DNA of 64,000 nucleotides from Oligoflexia bacterium (GTDB lineage Bacteria; Bdellovibrionota; UBA1018). Positions 51,841 through 60,327 of the stretch are shown here, one piece after another; positions within the stretch are counted from its first letter, which is position 1; every line of letters begins with the position of its first letter. Both the position numbers and the translations under genes were made by a program. The notes under the pieces were generated by a model. It saw nothing but the letters and a program-made list of their open reading frames with translations. It had not been told where the DNA came from and ran no database searches. The stretch covers positions 100,809 through 164,808 of the forward strand of contig CAVWVI010000005.1 in the NCBI GenBank assembly GCA_963758495.1. Direction: 5' to 3'.

Positions 51841-53031
51841 TCATGCTACCTCCTTGGCTGTTTTAATCTGTCTAATCCGTTCATAGAATTGGGAGAGTTT
51901 GAGCTCCATACCTTCAGCTAACTTAAATGGATTAAGTGATTCCTTTTCTGCTTTTAGAAGGCTCTTTTGTTCGTCTGAGAGGTATTTGCAAGTCATAAGT
52001 CTATCATAGGGGGTCTGAGGTGCTTCGAACTTTTTCATGATTTTAGATCCTATTCGGATTTTTTCTTTTAGTTTTTGAGAAGGAAGAAAAAAATTATGAA
52101 GAGGGTTCCAATACTCGGTATAAATTTCATTCATAAGCCCAACTAAGGTCACATCTTCCAATCGATCATAACCAAAGAGCTGACGAACATGAGTGTAATT
52201 TTTCTGCTCTACGTATGCGTTGTCATTCTTTCTATAGGGCCGAGAACGGGTAAAGGTAATTGACTTTCGTCCATAATCCGAGCTCATATAGTTTACAATT
52301 GGATTATTTAGGAATTCACTCCCAGAGTCCGTATTTACTGCTAATAATTCAAAGGGAAGCCTCTTCCTAATATCAATAAATGCATCGCGGACATCTAAGC
52401 CTTTTTTTGAAGGAAGTGCGCGAGTTTCTGTCCAAGTGGAAGCTATGTCTGTCAGTGTTAAAGTACTCAGAAATGGCCCAGCTGCTGACGATCCGCAGTG
52501 TGAAACTGTATCAGCTTGGGTAAATCCTGGGCGATCTACTTTGTAATCTAGGGTATTGATTGGAACGCTGTTTCTAATTGCTCGAATTCCAGAAGTGGTA
52601 GTGGAAAGGCCACGATTAACTTTATCCTTGAGGCGTAGAATAGCGATCATACGCTCTAAGGTCCCTTTGCTCATGAGTTCAAGCTTCATTCTTAACTCTA
52701 TTGTAAAATCAGGATGCTCGTAACTTGGGAGCCAGTCCTTAAGTGCTGCTTTCATCCGTTCAGCAGAAATGCGCTCCATTCGAATCCATAGGGTCTTAAT
52801 ATGGGGTAGGAATATCTGGGGGTCATACTCTAGCGGCCTGCCTCGTCCATCGGAACCCAGTTTTGCCTCTCTTTCTAAGGATTTACGATTTAAGTAGCGA
52901 ATAATTGTTTTGCGGTCTTTTCCAGTAATGAGGATCGCGTCGCTCAGTAGCTGAGTTTTTCTACCTTTGCCTGCATCCCAGTATGTTGTTTTTAAAGCGA
53001 TGATGTATTCTAAGTAAGCCTGGTGACTCAT
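51841..53031 (-). mobile_element. DDE (integrase-core) transposase, ISNCY/IS481-like
   Basis: QADTVSHCG, NTDSGSEF, RSRPYRKNDNAYVEQKN; RBS before ATG 53031; repeated end motifs at 53088-53180. Confidence 0.88.
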
Positions 53032-53249
53032 TTGAATCGTCCTCCTTGACGATAGAAATTTAAGTAGTTCAGATGACTTAGATTCTATCACGGTGACGAT
53101 TTTTGAAGTTGCCAGGCACTTCCGCCAAATCCCTACTTCAACCTTCAGTGACGGTATTTTTGCGGCGATTCGGATAACCATAAGATACTAAAAAAACGTC
53201 GAAGCGAGTTTGCTAATTAATTAACAATAGTGCATTAATGTGATCCACT

Positions 53250-55688
53250 ATGAACCGTAATGAATTTATTCTATTTTCAGCTCTATTTCTTGCAGGATCT
53301 CCTTCCCTGGGTCTGGCTCAAGATCATTTAAGTGACCTACAAAAGGCCTTAAAATCTCAAGATAGAGAGCTTGTACAGGCTTTCCTACAATCATTAAGCC
53401 TTGAAGATCCAGAAACCCAGGCAATGCTCTCCAGAGCAGATGAAGACGGAAGATCTCCTCTCATTTCGGCTATTCGAGAAGGGCTGGGTTTTCCAATAAT
53501 CCGCCGCCTTTTGAGCTTGGGTGCAGACGTGAATCAAGCTGATCGAGAAGGTAAAACCGCTTTAATTTATGCGGCAGAGAAAGGACATATGGGACTCGTG
53601 CAGGAGCTTCTCAATAAAGGCGCTAAGGTCGATCATGTAGATAGCTTTGGGTGGACGGCTTTAGGACAGGCACTAGTAGCAACAGCCAATGAACAAGATC
53701 AGTTTAAAGTGCTACAGCTTTTTCTAAAATCAGGTGCCAGTCTGAATAATTCTTTTCCTTCTGATTCTCAGGCGTATTCGAATACTTCGATTCATAACCA
53801 GCTTCAGGGGCGAACGATCCTAACATGGGCAATTGAATCTAAATCAATGCGATTGACAAGTTTAATTCTTCGTTCTCTAAAGAAGCAACAAGCCTGGGTG
53901 AACCAAAGGGATGGTCGCGGCAGAACACCCTTAATCCAGGCGGTGGAATCAGGCCAGTTTCAACTTGTAGAAGATCTTGTAAGTGACGGAGCCGATGCAA
54001 CGATTCAAGACAATCTCGGTTGGACAGCGTTGAGCAAGCTTTTGGCGCAAGCCCGGAACCCTAAAGCATCTCAGCAGAGCTTTGGGCAAGAACAGATGAA
54101 ATGGATGAAGGTATTTTTAGACCAAGGTAAGAAAGCCGATCAAATCTTTCCAGGAACAGAAGCAGCCTACTTAAATAAAAAGGAATTCCAGAAATTTCAA
54201 GGCCGTTCAATACTTGCATGGGCCGTAGAGAATGATCGCGCAGATGTGATTGCACTTTTGCTTGAGCAGGGTACAGACCTAGGCCCCTTGGAGCCACTCC
54301 TGATGTCCTCGATTGAACGGGGTAATCTAGAAATGTTGGCACTCGTGGTGGGCCAGGGTGTTGATCTTTGTCCGAAGCAGCCGTTAAATTTCAGCGGTCA
54401 CACACCTTTGACCTTGGCAGCAGAAAAGGGAAAAGTTGAGGTTGTGAAGTTCATATTGAATTCTCTCTCGCACGCAGAAGATGCTTCGATATCTCTGAAC
54501 GAGTGCGATCTAAATGGGATTGGTAAAGATGGAAGGACTGCATTGGGTTGGGCCGGAGCGAAGGCAAATTTAAATGTGGCTCAATTGATTATTCAAAAGG
54601 GAGAAGAGCAATTTTTTGGAGTATCGGAGTTAAGAAATATGCTGACAGCCGCGGGGACACCACAACTCAAAGGTAAATGGATCGAGTACTTCTCTGTTAT
54701 CCAGTTATCAACTCGCTTAACAGATCTCTTGAATATAAAATCAGAGAGCGTTATCGCGTTTGAAGGTGAACAATTAGAAAATCAAAACCCTGGATTTCTT
54801 CCCAGCGTAGGTGCTCTCAAATCCTTGATGAATCAAAAAGCCAAGGAGCTTTACTACCAGGAACAAGAGCAAGAAATTCATAACCAGTCTCAAAGTGCGA
54901 TGAAGATAGTTGAACCGAGAACAGATGAAGTGGGTGCCTCTAGTTCAAGCAATCTAAGCAAAATCTCACCTCATTCAGAAATAGCTTCGTGTATGGTTTG
55001 TTTGGATACGATCATGGTTGGAGATGAGCAGCCCTTTGGACCAGCCGGATGTTCGTGTAATATGATTTGTTCGAATTCTGAATGTACTGAATATTTCTGT
55101 AGCACGATAGTCAATCGTGATGGCGAAGACGTGAGTCGTTGTCCAGGCTGTAAAAGTCCTGTTTATTCAAAGTATTTAGTAGAGCATGGTGTAAGTGAAG
55201 AAGATGCAAAAAAGGTCCGCAATCGATGCGTCGATATTCTAAATTCACAGCAATTAGGTTGGAGATTTTGTCCGACAACGGGTTGTGCTGGAGGACGGGT
55301 AGTCCAACCTCACGAAAAATCTGCGTATTACTCTTGTATTCTGTGTGGCCATGAAGGTTGCATTAAGTGTGGAAGTGAGCACAAGGGTGATTGTGCGAAT
55401 TATGAAAAAGAAATGAAAGAATTTGAAAACCTCTTACGTTTAGGAGCAATGGCTCCCCCGAAGAATAGACCTGCCGACCCAAATCACCCAGATTATATGA
55501 AGGGCCGTTTTCGCCCTTGTTATCACTGTGGAGTGATTACAGAGCGAGATGGAGGATGCTCACATATAACCTGTAAGAGATGCCGTGCTGAATGGGAATG
55601 GAACTGGGGGCCTTATGAAAGAGGTAAATTTACTATGACAGACCAGCTTCCAATGAAGTTTAAGCCGCTTAAGGCGCCACACTGGTAG
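53250..55688 (+). CDS. Secreted ankyrin-repeat + RBR (RING1-IBR-RING2) E3 ubiquitin ligase-like protein
   Basis: Signal peptide; multiple ankyrin repeats (GRSPL, GKTAL, GRTPL, GHTPL); RING1 CMVC..CSC..C..C..CPGC; IBR WRFCPTTGC..CILC..CIKC..H..C; RING2 CYHC..RDGGCSHITCKRC. Confidence 0.85.
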   Translation: MNRNEFILFSALFLAGSPSLGLAQDHLSDLQKALKSQDRELVQAFLQSLSLEDPETQAMLSRADEDGRSPLISAIREGLGFPIIRRLLSLGADVNQADREGKTALIYAAEKGHMGLVQELLNKGAKVDHVDSFGWTALGQALVATANEQDQFKVLQLFLKSGASLNNSFPSDSQAYSNTSIHNQLQGRTILTWAIESKSMRLTSLILRSLKKQQAWVNQRDGRGRTPLIQAVESGQFQLVEDLVSDGADATIQDNLGWTALSKLLAQARNPKASQQSFGQEQMKWMKVFLDQGKKADQIFPGTEAAYLNKKEFQKFQGRSILAWAVENDRADVIALLLEQGTDLGPLEPLLMSSIERGNLEMLALVVGQGVDLCPKQPLNFSGHTPLTLAAEKGKVEVVKFILNSLSHAEDASISLNECDLNGIGKDGRTALGWAGAKANLNVAQLIIQKGEEQFFGVSELRNMLTAAGTPQLKGKWIEYFSVIQLSTRLTDLLNIKSESVIAFEGEQLENQNPGFLPSVGALKSLMNQKAKELYYQEQEQEIHNQSQSAMKIVEPRTDEVGASSSSNLSKISPHSEIASCMVCLDTIMVGDEQPFGPAGCSCNMICSNSECTEYFCSTIVNRDGEDVSRCPGCKSPVYSKYLVEHGVSEEDAKKVRNRCVDILNSQQLGWRFCPTTGCAGGRVVQPHEKSAYYSCILCGHEGCIKCGSEHKGDCANYEKEMKEFENLLRLGAMAPPKNRPADPNHPDYMKGRFRPCYHCGVITERDGGCSHITCKRCRAEWEWNWGPYERGKFTMTDQLPMKFKPLKAPHW

Positions 55689-55724
55689 AAGTTAAAATTT
55701 AATAAACGAAGTATTAGAGGATTT

Positions 55725-56966
55725 ATGAAATTAATTAGGAATAAAAAAGTGAATAAAATTCGATTGTTTTTAGTGATTATAGCAGGTTTGGCTCTTCAAT
55801 CCCTACCGGCAATAGCGGTAGAAAAGGTGTATTTCAAAACCCTAGATGGGGAAGCATTTGCCTGCGACAAGGCTAATTTAGAATTCCATATTGATCCAGA
55901 GGGAAGGCTGTCTGAAATTTGTAATTTTTCGTCAGAAATGGAATCTGGAGATGGGGAATCAGAGAGTACGGCGCTTGAATTAGACGTGAATGGAAAGCTA
56001 TTTAAAAAGTATATTTTAGATATCATAAGACACGGAAAAGTTTCTTTTAAAAATAACGCCGATGCAGAAAATACTTTGACCATTTGCGAAAATCTCGGTT
56101 TAACATTAGCGGAAGAGCACGTTTGTAAATTTCTCAAGAGAAGGCCGCGCAAAAAGAACCAAGAATCTGACGTTCAAATGGCAGGCAGCAATCGTCATTC
56201 TACTCTGGCTAGCCTGGAATGCCCAGAAGGTTACGTAATGGTTCCTGGTAATGAATCTTATAATACTCCGGGTCAGGGTGAAGACTTCTGCGTGATGAAG
56301 TACGCAGCCTCTAACGGTGAAAACGGCAAAGCTGTTTCACGGCAAGGCGCAGCCCCGTGGGTAAATATTAATCAGGCTAATGCAGCGGCAGCCTGTTCAG
56401 CGAATGGAGAAGGCTACCATCTAATCACAAATGCTGAATGGATGACAATTGCCCGAGACATTGAAGCAAATGAAGTAAACTGGAATAATGGAGCAGGACC
56501 TGTTGGAACTGGAACATTGTCTAGAGGAAATAGCAATTCTAATGCAGCACTAATCCCAGGTACAGATGAGAGTTCAGTAGCTACTGATTGGACCCATAGA
56601 AGAACTCATATCTTGAGTACGGGAGAGATGATTTGGGATATGGCCGGAAATGTATGGCAATGGGTAGCAGATAATTTAACAACAAGAAGAGATAATTGGA
56701 AAGAATTTACTGATGTAGGTACGTTTCCATTACAGAGCGACATTAGGTCACTGTATGGACCTAGTGGTTTGTACGACTCAAATCACGGAACGGGAAAGAT
56801 TTACATGTACGACGCAGGAGCCGTGCTTCGCGGGGGCGCCTGGAGCCACGGTACTGGCGCCGGCGTCTTTGCTGCGACTCTGGACAACTCCGCTACGAGC
56901 ACGTACCCGGAACCTCGGATTTCGTTGCGCCGTGTCGGCTTCGGGTGCTCGCTAGCCATGGGTTAA
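55725..56966 (+). CDS. Secreted BTB/POZ + C-type lectin (FGE-sulfatase fold) protein, DGR-type target 1 (+1 indel in variable region)
   Basis: Signal peptide; LDVNGKLFKKYILDIIRHG..CENLGL (KCTD-type BTB); FCVMKY, LITNAEW, DMAGNVWQW, RGGAW; GFRC shifted to another frame. Confidence 0.8.
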   Translation: MKLIRNKKVNKIRLFLVIIAGLALQSLPAIAVEKVYFKTLDGEAFACDKANLEFHIDPEGRLSEICNFSSEMESGDGESESTALELDVNGKLFKKYILDIIRHGKVSFKNNADAENTLTICENLGLTLAEEHVCKFLKRRPRKKNQESDVQMAGSNRHSTLASLECPEGYVMVPGNESYNTPGQGEDFCVMKYAASNGENGKAVSRQGAAPWVNINQANAAAACSANGEGYHLITNAEWMTIARDIEANEVNWNNGAGPVGTGTLSRGNSNSNAALIPGTDESSVATDWTHRRTHILSTGEMIWDMAGNVWQWVADNLTTRRDNWKEFTDVGTFPLQSDIRSLYGPSGLYDSNHGTGKIYMYDAGAVLRGGAWSHGTGAGVFAATLDNSATSTYPEPRISLRRVGFGCSLAMG

Positions 56967-56999
56967 TTAGCCCTTGGTCATTGTCTTGTAGTTGTTTTT
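56814..56999 (+). repeat. DGR-like variable region 1 with conserved 3' flank
   Basis: Near-identical to 58241-58429 except at codon positions 1-2 of NNC/NNT codons. Confidence 0.85.
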
Positions 57000-57005
57000 A
57001 GTGTT

Positions 57006-57022
57006 CCTGCCCGGAGGGCAGG
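57006..57022 (+). other. GC-rich hairpin with GGA loop, 3' of VR1
   Basis: cctgccc-gga-gggcagg. Confidence 0.75.
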
Positions 57023-57163
57023 CGGACAAAAAAAATTACAAAATAGCTGGAAATTTCTGGAAATAGCTGGAAATGGGCTCGTAAAACGAATGTGTCAGAT
57101 TTCGAAATTTTAGCGATACGAATTGAAATTAAAAATGAAAGAAATTGGAAAAGTAGGTTTGTT

Positions 57164-58384
57164 ATGAAGTCTTTGAGAACTAGAGCAGTTAAGTTAATCA
57201 TGTTGAGTGGGTTTATTGTAAGCGGATTGTCTGCTTTTTCTTCGTCACTGCTGGCAGTGGAAAAAGTTTATTTTAGTACTTCGGACGGCGAGAAGTTTTG
57301 GTGTGATCGAGATAATTTAGAATTCCACATGGACCCAAATGGGAAATTATCCGAACTATGCAATTTCATGCTTGAGGATGGAGAACATGCTGGCCAGTCT
57401 GAAGCGACATCCCATGAATTAGATTTCAACGGCAGGTTATTCAAAGAATATATTTTAGATCTATTAAGAAGGGGTGAAGTATCATTCAAAGATAAGGCGG
57501 ATGCCGAGAACACTTTGAGGATCTGTGAAAACCTAGGTCTTCCGGCGGCGGAGGAATATATTTGTAAGGTTCTAAAGAGAAAACCTCGCAGAGAATTGAA
57601 ATCCCCTGATTCCAAAGACACCCGTGTCGCAAACGCACGATTACAAAATATCGATTGTCCAGAGGGCTATGTGATGGTTCCAGGCAATGAATCCTATAAC
57701 ACCCCGGGGCAAGGTGAAGACTTCTGCGTGATGAAGTACGCGGCCTCAAATTCAGGAAACAGAACGGCTGTATCAATACAAGGTGCAGCCCCATGGGTAA
57801 ATATTAATCGGGCTGATGCCGCGACTGCATGTTTAGCGAATGGCGAAGGCTACCATTTAATCACAAATGCTGAGTGGATGACGATTGCCCGAGACATTGA
57901 AGCAAATGAAGTAAACTGGAATAATGGAGCAGGACCTGTTGGAACTGGAACATTGTCTAGAGGAAATAGCAATTCTAATGCGGCACTAGCGCCAGGTACA
58001 GATGAGAGTTCAGTAGCTACTAATTGGATTAATAGAAGAACTCATACCTTGAGTACGGGAGAGATGATTTGGGACATGGCCGGAAATGTATGGCAATGGG
58101 TATCTGATTCTCCCACTCTAGGTGGACAGTCTCAATGGCAAGAAATGTCAATTTTAGCCGATGCGAACCATCGATTACAGTTTGGACCTAGTGGAGGTTT
58201 TACTTCAGCTCAGGGTGTTGGCAAAATCGTCCCCGGTTCCGCAGGAGCCGTGCTTCGCGGGGGCGCCTGGAGCAGCGGTTCTGCTGGCGCCGGCGTCTTT
58301 GCTGCGTATCTGAGCCACTCCGCTACGTACACGAGCCGGTACTTCGGATTTCGTTGCGCCGTGTCGGCTTCGGGTGCTCGCTAG
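57164..58384 (+). CDS. Secreted BTB/POZ + C-type lectin protein, DGR-type target 2 (start probably 57164)
   Basis: Paralog of 55725; LDFNGRLFKEYILDLLRRG..CENLGL; ends RGGAW..FGFRCAV. Confidence 0.85.
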   Translation: MKSLRTRAVKLIMLSGFIVSGLSAFSSSLLAVEKVYFSTSDGEKFWCDRDNLEFHMDPNGKLSELCNFMLEDGEHAGQSEATSHELDFNGRLFKEYILDLLRRGEVSFKDKADAENTLRICENLGLPAAEEYICKVLKRKPRRELKSPDSKDTRVANARLQNIDCPEGYVMVPGNESYNTPGQGEDFCVMKYAASNSGNRTAVSIQGAAPWVNINRADAATACLANGEGYHLITNAEWMTIARDIEANEVNWNNGAGPVGTGTLSRGNSNSNAALAPGTDESSVATNWINRRTHTLSTGEMIWDMAGNVWQWVSDSPTLGGQSQWQEMSILADANHRLQFGPSGGFTSAQGVGKIVPGSAGAVLRGGAWSSGSAGAGVFAAYLSHSATYTSRYFGFRCAVSASGAR

Positions 58385-58429
58385 CCCTGGGTTAATTAGC
58401 CCTTGGTCATTGTCTTGTAGTTGTTTTTA
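58241..58429 (+). repeat. DGR-like variable region 2 with conserved 3' flank
   Basis: Aligns to 56814-56999. Confidence 0.85.
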
Positions 58430-58436
58430 AGGATTC

Positions 58437-58451
58437 CTGCCCGAAGGGCAG
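58437..58451 (+). other. GC-rich hairpin with GAA loop, 3' of VR2
   Basis: ctgccc-gaa-gggcag. Confidence 0.72.
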
Positions 58452-58869
58452 TCGGTTAAAAAAATTTACAAGATTGTTAGAAATTCCTGGAAGTAGCTAG
58501 AAATAGCTGGAAGTTGAAATAAACGTCAAAAACCGTCTGTATTATTTCTAATTTAAACGCTCACTGAATTAAAAACTCCGTAGGAGTGATTTTAAACCGT
58601 ACTTGAGCGCAGGTTAAAAACTAGATTCGGACCCCCTAGAGAAAGTTTCCTTCCTCTAGGGTCAGCCCTAGCCTATTGCCCGAAGTGCCTTGGGGAAAAA
58701 ATTTAAATATAGGCTTCGGATATCCTCAGACGACTGACTTGAAGCCCTTGGAGGCGGATTTGGCCGGACGGGGGCGGGATAGGGCAGGATTGGAGACTGG
58801 GAAATCCCACTTTCTTTTTCCTATAGGCTATGCATCTGCAATCAATTGGAAGCGCAGTGATTGAAAAAA

Positions 58870-58936
58870 ACTGTGTAAACGTACGCACCGTTACTTTGGT
58901 CAGCTTTGCGAACTCCTTAATAAGCCATTGAGCCAT
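58870..58936 (-). pseudogene. MerR-family regulator, N-terminal remnant
   Basis: MAQWLIKEFAKLTKVTVRT, after which similarity is lost; RBS AAGGAG. Confidence 0.65.
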
Positions 58937-58957
58937 CGGATCTACTCCTTGAGTTTG

Positions 58958-58988
58958 AGTCTAGGGGATGATGTTGCGTTATGGTCAA
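58958..58988 (-). promoter_or_regulatory. MerR-type promoter with 19-bp spacer
   Basis: TTGACC-N19-TAGACT directly upstream of the MerR remnant. Confidence 0.65.
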
Positions 58989-59333
58989 TCACTATTGTGC
59001 AAGCGTCTGATAATGACGGGACAGCTGTCACTCGAATGAGGACTATGCTCCAAAGCTAAGCTACGTCTCCGAGTTGTTATCAAAGAAACGATTCGAGAGG
59101 AAATTGCTTCTCTTTCTAAGAAACTCAGTAAGCGAGTTAATGTGACCGAAGATCTGGAAGACTACAAGCGGGTTGAAGTTCACTTTGTTGTCGGCTATGG
59201 TTTGGCCAATGGTGAAATTCGAGCCTATTTAGTCTCCTTCAACGATACGGTGGTAACGCTCATCGACGAGATAGTAGACTATGCCGAGATATACCGGAAG
59301 AAGCACAAAATAAGGGTGGCGGTGTAGATACCA

Positions 59334-60243
59334 CTATTTCGAAATCCCACATGGGCTGTACACATCAGAATCACAAAACAAGCCCACCAAAGCTCCAAAA
59401 TACTGATTTGCGCTAACGCTTGCGACTGAGCTATTATTGTCCATCACGCCAGATTTCAGATGGACCCCGGCAATCCCGCCAACGCCACGAATTCCCCTGA
59501 TCATCCCTGACGATTTCGAATTCCGAATAATCCCCTCGTTTAACCCGGCGATACCACCAACGTTATAGACCCCGGATACTTCTCCATCGAAAGAGGAGTC
59601 TTCAATGACCCACGAATTTCTCCCCACCAGGCCCCCAGCGTTCCAACTAGTCTGTCCAGCATCCGGGAATTCAATTTGAACCACGCCGGTGACATGAACA
59701 TTCGATATGATTCCACCCCAGTTGGCTGAGGCAATCACTCCACCGCTGTCCTCAGTGCCATCTCCAATAATCTTAATGTGCTCGATGATCAGGTTCTTGA
59801 TTTCGTCTCGATTTCCATTGAGGTCTTTGACGAGTTGACCAAAAAGTCCGTTGTCCTTGTATCCGTAGCCATGCTTGATCGTAATATTGGTCAGCTTGTG
59901 ATTCGCTCCGTCAATGGAAGCAAAAGGGGCGATAGCGATAATTCGTAGATTTACCTCGTTGGAAAAATCGATGTCCGAAGTCAGTCTGAAAAATCGTTTG
60001 GCCCCCATGTCACCCTGAATTGTTTTGAATTGATCGACGGTGCAAATGAGGTATGGATTTTCTTTGGTTCCGTTGCCTCCGCCATATCCGTCAGAAGTTT
60101 TCAGATTGACCGCCTGGACATAGAGTTTTTTCAGAGCTTCCGTTGTTCAAAACGCCATTGTTTGAGCCCGTGTCTTGAGGTGATACACAGCTAGTTAAAG
60201 CGAGGCTCCAAAAAATTATTAATGCCCTTAGTTTAGTTTTCAT
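59334..60243 (-). pseudogene. GLUG-motif lipoprotein with one frameshift near 60100
   Basis: ATG 60243 MKTKLRALIIFWSLALTSC (lipobox); after a 1-nt shift GYGGGNGTKENPYLIC joins ORF 59334-60008 with GGLVG/GGIAG repeats. Confidence 0.7.
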
Positions 60244-60327
60244 TGTTTCCCCCTGGTTGAATTTGAGCGGTTGTAGAGTTTGAAAAAATCTGAAACTGTC
60301 TCCGATTCTATATTTTTCAGAATCCGT

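Noticed and set aside
55725..58384. Annotating the paralogs as formylglycine-generating enzymes
   Set aside because: They share the fold motifs (GNVWQW, RGGxW, GFRC) but lack the FGE catalytic Cys pair; the hypervariable C-terminus fits a binding CLec domain
56814..58429. One of the two repeats being the DGR template repeat
   Set aside because: Both lie at gene 3' ends, both have hairpins, and the adenines at mismatched sites are split between the copies; neither is an all-A template. No RT ORF is present in the window
59142..59327. Small ORF, possibly the end of a truncated gene
   Set aside because: No recognisable motif or clear start; product cannot be supported
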